A DNA stretch of 64,000 nt from the IMG/VR virus record IMGVR_UViG_3300025887_000009; one strand, given 5' to 3'. The translations under genes and the position numbers were made by a program. Every line of letters starts with the position of its first letter. Position 1 is the stretch's first letter. Positions 35,962 to 45,080 of the stretch are shown here, piece by piece. Source of the DNA: a virus (lineage: Duplodnaviria > Heunggongvirae > Uroviricota > Caudoviricetes). The notes beneath the pieces were generated by a model. It ran no database searches. It worked only from the letters and a program-made list of their open reading frames with translations, and was not told where the DNA came from.

Positions 35962-36797
35962 AGATCGAAGTAGTAACTACATTTCATAAAGAAGGTCTAG
36001 ACACATATGGTCAGAGATTTTTAAACAGCTTTGCACATAATGTGCCTAAAGAAATAAAACTCACAGTGTACGCAGAGAATTGTGTTCCTGTTAATCCTAA
36101 TTCTAAGCAAATTGTAATATTAGATGCAAGCCACTTAACTGACTTACATGAGTTTAAAACAAAATGGAAAGATGTTCCTAAAGCAAATGGCAAATGTCCG
36201 TTTCCAGAAAGACGTCCGAGAGACCATCATAAAGAATTTAAATGGGATGCTGTGAGATTTGCTAATAAAGTGTATGCGGTATTTGATGCAGTAATGAAAA
36301 CCGATGCCGACTGGGTAGTATGGATGGATGCAGACACTTATGTTCACTCACCTATTACTAACGAAGAGTTTGAATCGTTGTTAGATCCTAAACATTGGAT
36401 AACTTACGTTGGACGCGGCAAAGGTTCGCAGTCGTGGCCGGAGTGTGGATTCTACGGAATAAACATGCACGATCCAGCAGCACAATATTTCCTAGGCGAG
36501 TTTCAGCGTATGTACGACGATGCAGAAAATGGAATCTTCAAACTAGAAGAATGGCACGACTCGTTTGTGTTTGGGCATATATTAAATGACATGAAATCTA
36601 AGTATCCTCACTTTTATGATTACACAGATGGGATATATAACAAGACTGCTAAAACTGGCGGTGGCGGACACCCCCTTATTAATAGTGTGCTAGGCACGTG
36701 GTTTGATCACATGAAAGGCGGTCGTAAAGACACAGGACATTCTCATAAAAAAGATCTAATGTCCCAACGCAAGGAAAAATATTGGAATGAAATTTAG
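35958..36797 (+). CDS. GT-A-like DxD glycosyltransferase (putative)
   Basis: ATGA overlap. 'DWVVWMDADTYV' is a DxD motif preceded by a hydrophobic strand. Confidence 0.45.
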   Translation: MKIEVVTTFHKEGLDTYGQRFLNSFAHNVPKEIKLTVYAENCVPVNPNSKQIVILDASHLTDLHEFKTKWKDVPKANGKCPFPERRPRDHHKEFKWDAVRFANKVYAVFDAVMKTDADWVVWMDADTYVHSPITNEEFESLLDPKHWITYVGRGKGSQSWPECGFYGINMHDPAAQYFLGEFQRMYDDAENGIFKLEEWHDSFVFGHILNDMKSKYPHFYDYTDGIYNKTAKTGGGGHPLINSVLGTWFDHMKGGRKDTGHSHKKDLMSQRKEKYWNEI

Positions 36798-37617
36798 TCT
36801 ATGGACCAAATACGGAGCGCAAAACTCAAAACCTGTATTTGATGCTTTTGCACAATCATTAAAAAATGAAGGGCACACTGTTGTTTACAATGAGCCTGGA
36901 GCAGACAAAGACGTAATATGGAGCGTACTTTGGAAAGGAAAGATGGCATCAAATAAAGCCATCTTTAACAGCAGCACTATTGTTTTAGAAGTAGGCGGTA
37001 TTAAACGAGGCACAACGTGGAAGGTAGCAATAGGTGGCATAGATCGCCATGCAATGTTTCCGAGACCAGATCCAGGGGACGAACGAGCTAAGAAGCTAGG
37101 ATTAAAAGCAGACCTATGGTGCCCAAATACAAAAGGACCGGTTGTAATTTGTTGTCAAAATTATAATTCATTTCAGTGGAACGGAAAACCAAGTATCGAA
37201 CAATGGTTAGAAAATACTATAATTGAACTTCGGCAACACACCAAACGAGACATTCTAATTAGAGCCCATCCAAGATCTACAATTTCCGACATATCTAAAA
37301 AATTCAAAAACGTGCAATATTCAGTACCAACAAAAATCCCCCGCAGCTACGATGATTACGACTTCAATCCAAAAACCGCTTGGGCAGTAGTTAACGCATC
37401 TTCTGGCCCTGGTGTACAAGCAGCTATAAAAGGGATCCCTGTTTTTGTAGAAAATGCAAGCCTGGCATGGGACGTAGGAAATCATAACCTTTCTACAATA
37501 GAACATCCAGAAATGCCAGATCGCACAGAATGGATAAATCATTTAGCTTACACAGAATGGACTGTGTCTGAGATTGCCAGCGGCGAACCGTTAAAGAGGT
37601 TGACAGATCACTTGTAG
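36787..37617 (+). CDS. GT-B-like paralog C (putative glycosyltransferase)
   Basis: 'ILIRAHPRS...AVVNASSGPGVQAAIKGIPVFV...LAYTEWTVSEIASG' gives a paralogous core with an HP motif. 11-nt overlap upstream. Confidence 0.5.
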   Translation: MKFSLWTKYGAQNSKPVFDAFAQSLKNEGHTVVYNEPGADKDVIWSVLWKGKMASNKAIFNSSTIVLEVGGIKRGTTWKVAIGGIDRHAMFPRPDPGDERAKKLGLKADLWCPNTKGPVVICCQNYNSFQWNGKPSIEQWLENTIIELRQHTKRDILIRAHPRSTISDISKKFKNVQYSVPTKIPRSYDDYDFNPKTAWAVVNASSGPGVQAAIKGIPVFVENASLAWDVGNHNLSTIEHPEMPDRTEWINHLAYTEWTVSEIASGEPLKRLTDHL

Positions 37618-37657
37618 TATAGTATCTTAGTATAAGCACAACCTTATAGAGGACGTT

Positions 37658-38872
37658 ATGCAAGATATTGAAACCATGATCGCTACCTTACATCTAACCA
37701 AGGTAATGAAAGATTCTAAAGATAAAAAAGTAATTTCATCTTTGTATCGACAAACAGCTGATAATAAACTAGGACTAACTGCTCGTCAGATGGTTCTAGC
37801 TTCTTCTATTTTAGACAAACATCGTAGTTATCTTGAAGAAACTAAAATTGACTACGATGTCGCTATTGCTAATACTGCCCTTGGAATCAGAGAAATTGAT
37901 CGCACACGTTTGATTACAATAATTGATTCAACGATTGCTGTACGATTTGCATTCTCAACCGAAATCCTTAAAAAAATAAGAGTCTTACAACGAGACATTG
38001 CAGGGCACTATTACAAAGACAAAACTCATTTCTGGCCCGCAACGCACAAAAATCTTTATAAAATTATTTCAAATTTAAAGGATATGTCTTTTGAAATCGA
38101 AGAAGACTTAATGGAACGATACGCAGAATACGAAAATATTATCTTAAACAAAACTGCACATCTTCCTTATGTTGAAATTGGGAAAATTTCAAGACTTCAT
38201 GCCAATTCAAAAAAAGCAATGATAGCAGAACTCGGAGAACCAGCTGCGGAAAATATTCACTTGTTTCAAGATCGTTCTGTGCAGTACGGAACACTTGTAA
38301 ATCAAGATCAAGTAAACAATGCATTGCGTTCAAAAACAGAATTGACTGGACTAATTGCAAATCGATGCAAATCGCATGTTAATCTTTTGCCTAGCGAATT
38401 CGGGTATAGTGACATTTTTAAGTCGTTGCTAGAACTCAACCGATTCCCTCTCATGATCGTACTTGATGATAAATCTGCATTGCAGCAATTAAAGACTACA
38501 CACGATGCGTTGCAGGGAATTGTTGCAAACGAAGACATCTCTGTTCTATATCGATTGCTTAACAAAGGCACCGGCATTGAATACAACGAATATGTAAAGT
38601 CAAGCAAAATCAACAACCGACTTGACAAAACTACTAAAGTGTTGTATACTAACAAGAATAAGCTACAAAAAACTATTTTAAAAGAAAATATACAAGCTAA
38701 GACAATTTTATTATGCTCGAGTACTAGATTAACTGCTAAACTCGAGAACTACGCAAATTCAACAGACTTGGTCATTCATTATGATACCTCTATAACAAGC
38801 TGGAGAAGCGTATTGCAAAGAACGGAACTCTTACGGAGAATGAATGCCAACGTGCCAATTAAAAATATTTGA
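37658..38872 (+). CDS. hypothetical protein (404 aa)
   Basis: Long ORF between the sugar operon and uvsW. Confidence 0.5.
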   Translation: MQDIETMIATLHLTKVMKDSKDKKVISSLYRQTADNKLGLTARQMVLASSILDKHRSYLEETKIDYDVAIANTALGIREIDRTRLITIIDSTIAVRFAFSTEILKKIRVLQRDIAGHYYKDKTHFWPATHKNLYKIISNLKDMSFEIEEDLMERYAEYENIILNKTAHLPYVEIGKISRLHANSKKAMIAELGEPAAENIHLFQDRSVQYGTLVNQDQVNNALRSKTELTGLIANRCKSHVNLLPSEFGYSDIFKSLLELNRFPLMIVLDDKSALQQLKTTHDALQGIVANEDISVLYRLLNKGTGIEYNEYVKSSKINNRLDKTTKVLYTNKNKLQKTILKENIQAKTILLCSSTRLTAKLENYANSTDLVIHYDTSITSWRSVLQRTELLRRMNANVPIKNI

Positions 38873-40301
38873 CGAAGTTAATATTAAAATAGAAGGCTTG
38901 CCCGCAGACATCCGTCGCAAGTTAACTAAAGAAATGAAATTTGAAATACCTTATGCTCGGCACACGCCGCAGTTTAAGTTAGGCCGATGGGACGGAATGA
39001 AAGGATATTTTGGACTTTCTGGTCACGGCTATTTAAATCATTTAGAGAAACTATTACCTATTCTTGAGGCTAACGGTTATGCAATTGACGACATTGAAGA
39101 CAATCGTCATGTTGTTGATTTAAGTATTGATCCTATTACAGAAGATTATTGGGGCGATCAAGTGTGGCCACCAGGGCATCCTGCGGCAGGCGAACCAATA
39201 CGAATGCGCGACTATCAAGTCGAAGCTGTTAACAATTTTATTAAGAATCCGCAATCGTTGCAACAGATTGCAACAGGCGCAGGTAAAACAATTATGACAG
39301 CAACACTGTCAAAAATTGTAGAACCTATTGGACGTTCTATTATTATTGTTCCAAATAAAAGCCTTGTTGTGCAAACAGAAAAAGACTATATAAATGTAGG
39401 TCTTGACGTAGGTGTGTACTTTGGTGATAGAAAAGAATTAGGCAGAACGCATACTATCTGCACTTGGCAAAGTCTTAACATTCTTGACAAGAAAGGCGCA
39501 GACGGATCTTCAAAGCTTACATTGGCAGAATTTCTCGAAGGTGTTGCAACGGTTATTGTTGACGAAGTTCACCAAGCAAAAGCAGATGTTCTTACAAAAT
39601 TGTTAACAGAGAATCTACGTCACGCTCCAATACGTTGGGGATTGACGGGAACTGTACCAAAAGAAGATTTTGAATTTATGGGAATCTTAGCTGCAATCGG
39701 CCCAGTTGTAGGAAACATTGCAGCGCATGATTTACAAGACCAAGGCGTTCTCGCTAAACTGCAAGTTAATATCGTGCAGTTGCTAGATATGGTAGATTTT
39801 AAAAACTATCAAGAAGAACTAAAATATCTAGTTACAGATCAGAAAAGATTAGAATATTTAGGCAAACTGTTAACAAAGGTTAGCAATACAGGCAATACAT
39901 TAATACTTGTGGATAGGATATCCACGGGCACACTTTTAACAGAACTTATTGAAGGTGCAGTTTTTATCAACGGATCGGTCAAAGTAGACGACCGTAATAC
40001 AGAATACGATGATATTAATACATCTGAAAATAAAGTAATTATTGCGACTTATGGAGTCGCTGCCGTTGGAATTAATATTCCGCGAATATTTAATCTAGTA
40101 CTAATTGAACCAGGCAAATCTTTTGTTAGAGTTATTCAGTCAATTGGTCGAGGAGTACGTGTTGCAAAAGACAAAGACTTTGTAAATATTTGGGATATTA
40201 CTAGTAATTGTAAATTCGCAAAAAGGCATTTGCGTGAACGTAAAAAATTCTATAACGAGGCAAAATATCCATTTTCAATAGAAAAGGTTGACTGGAAATG
40301 A
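38844..40301 (+). CDS. uvsW: UvsW DNA helicase (SF2)
   Basis: N-terminus aligns with T4 UvsW ('GRWDGMKGYF' vs 'GNWDGRIRLL'). Motif I 'ATGAGKT' and motif II 'DEVHQ'. Confidence 0.85.
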   Translation: MPTCQLKIFDEVNIKIEGLPADIRRKLTKEMKFEIPYARHTPQFKLGRWDGMKGYFGLSGHGYLNHLEKLLPILEANGYAIDDIEDNRHVVDLSIDPITEDYWGDQVWPPGHPAAGEPIRMRDYQVEAVNNFIKNPQSLQQIATGAGKTIMTATLSKIVEPIGRSIIIVPNKSLVVQTEKDYINVGLDVGVYFGDRKELGRTHTICTWQSLNILDKKGADGSSKLTLAEFLEGVATVIVDEVHQAKADVLTKLLTENLRHAPIRWGLTGTVPKEDFEFMGILAAIGPVVGNIAAHDLQDQGVLAKLQVNIVQLLDMVDFKNYQEELKYLVTDQKRLEYLGKLLTKVSNTGNTLILVDRISTGTLLTELIEGAVFINGSVKVDDRNTEYDDINTSENKVIIATYGVAAVGINIPRIFNLVLIEPGKSFVRVIQSIGRGVRVAKDKDFVNIWDITSNCKFAKRHLRERKKFYNEAKYPFSIEKVDWK

Positions 40302-40804
40302 AAATCCTAACACTCGAAAATACATTCTTTAACTTAACGCAACTACCGGACGAAATAGAAGACGACGTACGATTTGCAGTACTAGATAATTCAGATAATA
40401 AGAATCCAGATTTCTTTTTTGTTCCTCTTATCTTTCTGGAATCTTTTAGTTCGCCTGCTGTTGTATTAGACGTCGGCGGCCACGAAGTAACTGTTCCTCT
40501 GGATTGGTGCATTGCATTAGGTGACAGAGAAACAGGTAACGACTTAGAAGTAATCTCAATTACTAGTTTGAATCTAAGAGGCTTTGATGCGTTCATATTC
40601 AATCCTCTAACCAGTTACATGACCAGCTTTGCTCCTGTAAAAGTTGTTAACTTTTATAACGACGTGCAATGGTATTTTCCAAAGATGCGAAACGGCCAAT
40701 TGCTAGCACTACCAATTGAAGACAAACCAAATCCACAATGCATTTACATCGTTAAAGAAATTAGCAGACAAAGCGAACTGATTGACTATGACTTGCTGAT
40801 GTAA
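40298..40804 (+). CDS. hypothetical protein (168 aa)
   Basis: ORF overlapping the uvsW stop (ATGA). Confidence 0.45.
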   Translation: MKILTLENTFFNLTQLPDEIEDDVRFAVLDNSDNKNPDFFFVPLIFLESFSSPAVVLDVGGHEVTVPLDWCIALGDRETGNDLEVISITSLNLRGFDAFIFNPLTSYMTSFAPVKVVNFYNDVQWYFPKMRNGQLLALPIEDKPNPQCIYIVKEISRQSELIDYDLLM

Positions 40805-40939
40805 CATGTGGATATTTCTAATCATGTTAGGATTACTTAAACTAGCACTGTTTTTTGTTATAAAGAATTTGTTAGAATCTATAGCTTGGAAATTAATAGT
40901 AAAATCTGTTAAATCAAGGGTATCAAAAAAAGATAAAAG

Positions 40940-40968
40940 TTGACAACTTGCACAAAGGAAAGTATAAT
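40940..40968 (+). promoter_or_regulatory. sigma70-type early promoter, perfect consensus
   Basis: TTGACAACTT...17-nt spacer...TATAAT at 40963-40968, upstream of the ORF at 41016. Confidence 0.6.
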
Positions 40969-41015
40969 TATAACATGACACAACAAAATAATATTAACCG
41001 AAGAAATTTTATAAC

Positions 41016-41474
41016 ATGAGTAAGCTTCCGTTAAAAGATATACTTGCTGCAATTGATTACAACGCCAAAAGCGTATGGAAGGAATTCAGCGACGAAGATA
41101 GAAAACAAGTAAGTTTCTGGTTACTTAATCGTTATGTTAGTTCGGTTGAAGGGACGCCGGATCAAGTAGAGCTTGCTGTATTAAAAGTAAACGAATACTA
41201 CAATAAGAACTGGAATGTAATTGGCACAAAGCACCCGCACTTACAGTGGCAACTTTTATGTGCCGCAGGAGGTGAAGGAAAGATCCAAAGACACACCTGG
41301 ATTGGTCATAAGAAAAAAGGTGTAGACAATTCAAAAACTGCTAAATTTATTGACAAGCACTTTCCTAATATGAAGACAGATGAGGTTGAATTACTTGCTA
41401 GAATATCTACCAAAGAAGAAATCAGAGAGTTGGCTAAAGACCTTGGTTATGAAAAACGAGACTTCCCGGTCTAA
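41016..41474 (+). CDS. hypothetical early protein (152 aa)
   Basis: ORF downstream of a perfect sigma70 promoter at 40940. Confidence 0.45.
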   Translation: MSKLPLKDILAAIDYNAKSVWKEFSDEDRKQVSFWLLNRYVSSVEGTPDQVELAVLKVNEYYNKNWNVIGTKHPHLQWQLLCAAGGEGKIQRHTWIGHKKKGVDNSKTAKFIDKHFPNMKTDEVELLARISTKEEIRELAKDLGYEKRDFPV

Positions 41475-42153
41475 TAAACCTTTTAAGTGTGGTTATTGCA
41501 ACACTGGGTTTACTAGAGAAAAAACATTATTCTCACATACGTGTGAACAAAAGCGCAGGCATTTGCAAAAAGACGACAAGCATGTTCGTCTTGCGTTTTA
41601 TGCTTTCTTGAGGTTTTATAAACTAAACGTAGGATCAACTACAAAAGAAAAGAGCTACGACGATTTTTGTAGATCGCAATATTATAAAGCATTTGTTAAA
41701 TTTGGATCGTATGTGTCAAACGTTAAGCCATTGTATCCTGAAAAATATATTGACTATGTTGTAACAAGTGGCGCAAAATTGGATCATTGGTGCAGAGATG
41801 AATTGTATGAAAAGTATGCACTAGCATACATTCTCAAAGAAGATGCAACAGTAGCACTAACTCGATCGATAGAAACAATGGATGCATGGGCAAAAGAAAA
41901 TAACTCTTCGTACAATCATTATTTCTTATATGCATCACCGAACAGAATTGTACGAGATGTCAGAGATGGTAAAGTATCCCCGTGGTTAATGCTAAATTGT
42001 AAGAGCGGTAAAGAAGCGCTGAATAAATTTAATGACGAGCAACTAAGCAACGTGTTTGATGTAATTAATCCAAAGAACTGGACTATACGTTTTAGCAGAG
42101 AAAAAGATGATGTTGCACTTATAAAAGACATAGCTAAGAAGGCAAACCTATAA
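41449..42153 (+). CDS. hypothetical protein with C2H2-like zinc finger
   Basis: Internal Met start with a 26-nt overlap (ORF track start 41380). 'FKCGYCNTGFTREKTLFSHTCEQ'. Confidence 0.4.
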   Translation: MKNETSRSNKPFKCGYCNTGFTREKTLFSHTCEQKRRHLQKDDKHVRLAFYAFLRFYKLNVGSTTKEKSYDDFCRSQYYKAFVKFGSYVSNVKPLYPEKYIDYVVTSGAKLDHWCRDELYEKYALAYILKEDATVALTRSIETMDAWAKENNSSYNHYFLYASPNRIVRDVRDGKVSPWLMLNCKSGKEALNKFNDEQLSNVFDVINPKNWTIRFSREKDDVALIKDIAKKANL

Positions 42154-42653
42154 TGGAATTAGTACACTACCCAGCAGAAATATTAAACAAACAATTAAAA
42201 CTAATTGATATTGAAAACATCGATTTTGACCCAAATGAATTACTTAAAGAAATGTCAGACACAATGCTTGCATCGGACGGCGTTGGCTTAGCAGCTTGTC
42301 AAGTTGGAATAGATCGTGCATTGTTTATTATGGGCGACAAAGTTGCTGGTGTAAAAATGTTTATCAATCCTCAAGTCCTACAGCACACATCTGACACTGG
42401 ATTAGACTACGAAGGATGTTTGTCGTTTCCTGGAATGTTTGTAAAAGTAAAACGTCCAAAAGAAATCTTAGTTCAATATTTCGACGAGGATCTTGTGCAG
42501 CAAACAGTTAAAATCGATGACTACTCTGCCCGGGTGTTTTTGCACGAATGGGACCACTTGCAAGGTATCACATTTAAAGACCGAGTAAGTAAACTCAAAT
42601 GGGATAGAGCAAGACAAAAGAAAAACAAAGTAGCAAAGCTGTATTCAATCTAA
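42153..42653 (+). CDS. def: peptide deformylase
   Basis: Deformylase motifs 'GVGLAACQVG', 'EGCLSFPG' and 'HEWDHLQG' are all present. Confidence 0.85.
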   Translation: MELVHYPAEILNKQLKLIDIENIDFDPNELLKEMSDTMLASDGVGLAACQVGIDRALFIMGDKVAGVKMFINPQVLQHTSDTGLDYEGCLSFPGMFVKVKRPKEILVQYFDEDLVQQTVKIDDYSARVFLHEWDHLQGITFKDRVSKLKWDRARQKKNKVAKLYSI

Positions 42654-43216
42654 TGGACGTCGACATTGATTTTTCAAACAGAGATGATCTTCTAAACCTT
42701 TTCAAGCATCATCCTGCTATACTTGAAAACGGAAAGAAGCATAACACCGGGGTATATTTTACAGATATACCCCACGATCCTATCACAGGCTATGCTACAA
42801 TAGATTACAAGAAAGCTGAAGAGCGTGGTTATTTTAAACTCGACTGTCTTAATGTAAGTATCTATCAAAATGTCAGAGACGAAGAACATCTCAACGAGTT
42901 AATGCGTGAACCTATGTGGGAACTGTTGCAGCATGAAGAATTTGTAGATAAAGTTTTTCACTTGTCTGGGCATCATAATATTTTACAAAAACTCAAACCC
43001 GACACAGTTGAAAAGTTAGCAGCTTGTCTTGCTGTTATTCGTCCTGCAAAACGATACTTGTTAAATAGAGATTGGTATGATATATTTCAAGAAGTGTGGA
43101 TTGCTCCGAGTACTGATCAATACTTCTTTAAGAAAAGCCACGCCCATTCTTATGCAATGGCTGTAGTTGTTCATATGAATTTACTTTGTGAAGAACTTAA
43201 TCCTTTGGACGTCTAA
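42653..43216 (+). CDS. hypothetical protein (187 aa)
   Basis: ORF whose start overlaps the deformylase stop. Confidence 0.45.
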   Translation: MDVDIDFSNRDDLLNLFKHHPAILENGKKHNTGVYFTDIPHDPITGYATIDYKKAEERGYFKLDCLNVSIYQNVRDEEHLNELMREPMWELLQHEEFVDKVFHLSGHHNILQKLKPDTVEKLAACLAVIRPAKRYLLNRDWYDIFQEVWIAPSTDQYFFKKSHAHSYAMAVVVHMNLLCEELNPLDV

Positions 43217-43568
43217 CTAACTGCACTGATTTACGTTTTACCCTTTTAACAGCAAGGTTGTTTAAATTTACTGTCGGACCTGTTACTACTTTTACATCTT
43301 TTGTTACCATAGACATTATGCAATATCCAAATTGATCCATTTCGTCTCCTAAGAAAATATTTATAGGTATCATTCTATTTGATTCCCACCACCAAACATC
43401 TCCTAGTTCTAAGAATGCTTGTTTTTCCAAAGTTGTCTTTAAAAGGTTGTAACTATACAAACTTGTAATAACTTGATCTTGATTTGAAATAATTCCTACG
43501 TATTCGTTGCCGCCATAGGTGACTACGCTTATGAAAGGAAAATTTTCGTTGATATCTCTTAATAACAT
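43197..43568 (-). CDS. hypothetical protein (123 aa), lone leftward gene
   Basis: ORF on the minus strand in a plus-strand context. 20-nt convergent overlap. Confidence 0.3.
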   Translation of the reverse strand: MLLRDINENFPFISVVTYGGNEYVGIISNQDQVITSLYSYNLLKTTLEKQAFLELGDVWWWESNRMIPINIFLGDEMDQFGYCIMSMVTKDVKVVTGPTVNLNNLAVKRVKRKSVQLVRRPKD

Positions 43569-43580
43569 ATAAATATACTC

Positions 43581-44363
43581 ATGCAGTTAGTGCCGCGATA
43601 TTTAGTCAATAACAGAACCGTAGTTGTCTTAGATGAAGCCGGCTTCACCGTGGAGTTCAGACCAGTGTATCAAAGAAACTTATATGTCTACAAAGGAATT
43701 GATAATGTGTTACAATTCCAAGTTAAAAACGCAGACCAAAAGCCAGTTAACATAACATCCTATACACCGAGGTTTGTTGCCTTTGATGAAAATTCAAATC
43801 AAGTGTTAGACATTAATGGTGTTCTTCTTGATGACGATTCGAGCGCAACACGTGGCACGTTTAAAGTAATAATTCCTGAGAACAATTTGCTCAATTTAAA
43901 ACAGCAGTATCTCACTTATAACATTTACATGGAAGATGCAGACAACGAAAAAGTTTTAACTTACGCCAACGAATGGTTTGACGCAACTGGTGTTATATAC
44001 TTGTCGTCTAGAGCTTTTCCTGGACCGCGGGCAACTGGCGAGATTAATACCTTCTCAAAAGTGTCACCAAGTCTTGATGAATGGACAAGTGAAAGTTTAG
44101 ACGCACAGCCTGGCATCAATGGCAACGAAGCATTGCATACTGTAGCGGTGTATACAAGCGAATACACAGGCGATGTAGTAGTACAAGGTACCTTAGAGAA
44201 CCAAGTTACTCCTAACACTGTGTGGGCTGATTTGACTACTCTAACAGCAGCTAACGAAACTGCTCCTATCTACGCAAATTTCAACGGAGTGTTTAGCTAC
44301 CTTAGAGTTAAAACAACGGTAGATCCTGCAGATAAAATCACAAAGATTCTCGTCAGGAATTAA
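43581..44363 (+). CDS. hypothetical protein (260 aa)
   Basis: ORF with no recognised domain. Confidence 0.45.
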   Translation: MQLVPRYLVNNRTVVVLDEAGFTVEFRPVYQRNLYVYKGIDNVLQFQVKNADQKPVNITSYTPRFVAFDENSNQVLDINGVLLDDDSSATRGTFKVIIPENNLLNLKQQYLTYNIYMEDADNEKVLTYANEWFDATGVIYLSSRAFPGPRATGEINTFSKVSPSLDEWTSESLDAQPGINGNEALHTVAVYTSEYTGDVVVQGTLENQVTPNTVWADLTTLTAANETAPIYANFNGVFSYLRVKTTVDPADKITKILVRN

Positions 44364-44364
44364 C

Positions 44365-44393
44365 TTGACAACTTGACCAGGCTGTGCTAATGT
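44365..44393 (+). promoter_or_regulatory. sigma70-type promoter (TTGACA-N17-TAATGT)
   Basis: TTGACAACTT -35 with a 17-nt spacer, upstream of the plus-strand MORN gene pair. Confidence 0.45.
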
Positions 44394-44414
44394 TCTTTTA
44401 AGAAAGGACAATGT

Positions 44415-44762
44415 ATGCGTAATGGATTAATCGTAGACGAAGATGGACCCAAGACTTGGTATCAAAACAATCTACTACATCGCGAAGATGGACCAGCAGT
44501 TGAATGGACAGATGGCACCAAAGCGTGGTATCAAAACAATCAGCTACATCGAACAGATGGACCAGCTGTTGAATATGCAGATGGCAAAAAGGTGTGGTAT
44601 CAAAACGGCCGACTACATCGAATTGACGGACCAGCAGTCGAACATCCAGATGGCACCAAGGTGTGGTATTTCAACGGGGAACAACTTTCATTAAACCTAT
44701 GGTTTGAACAGGTCGACGCCACCGAAGCACGAAAAACATTGATGAGGTTACAGTATGCGTAA
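44415..44762 (+). CDS. MORN-variant (YwqK-like) repeat protein, 3 repeats
   Basis: 23-aa repeats 'WYQNNxLHRxDGPAVEYADGTKx', conserved C-terminal '...TLMRLQYA', and an ATGCGTAA overlap with the next gene. Preceded by a sigma70 promoter. Confidence 0.65.
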   Translation: MRNGLIVDEDGPKTWYQNNLLHREDGPAVEWTDGTKAWYQNNQLHRTDGPAVEYADGKKVWYQNGRLHRIDGPAVEHPDGTKVWYFNGEQLSLNLWFEQVDATEARKTLMRLQYA

Positions 44763-45036
44763 TGGATTAATCGTAGACGAAGATGGAACCAAGACTTGGT
44801 ATCAAAACAATCTACTACATCGCGAAGATGGACCAGCAGTCGAACATCCAGATGGCACCAAGGTGTGGTATCAAAACAATCAGCTACATCGAACAGATGG
44901 CCCAGCTGTTGAATATGCAGATGGCGTCAACCTTTGGTTCCTCAAAGACGTCGAGCACGACTTCAACGAGTGGCTTGAGCGTGTTGACACATGTACAGAA
45001 GTAGAAAAAACAATGATACGATTGCAATATACGTAA
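44755..45036 (+). CDS. MORN-variant repeat protein, 2 repeats
   Basis: First ~85 nt nearly identical to the ORF at 44415. Ends '...TMIRLQYT'. Confidence 0.65.
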   Translation: MRNGLIVDEDGTKTWYQNNLLHREDGPAVEHPDGTKVWYQNNQLHRTDGPAVEYADGVNLWFLKDVEHDFNEWLERVDTCTEVEKTMIRLQYT

Positions 45037-45045
45037 TGGAAAATC

Positions 45046-45074
45046 TTGACAGTACACTGAAATAATGTTATAAT
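45046..45074 (+). promoter_or_regulatory. sigma70-type early promoter, perfect consensus
   Basis: TTGACA 45046-45051, 17 nt, TATAAT 45069-45074. Upstream of the primase gene. Confidence 0.6.
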
Positions 45075-45080
45075 TACAGT

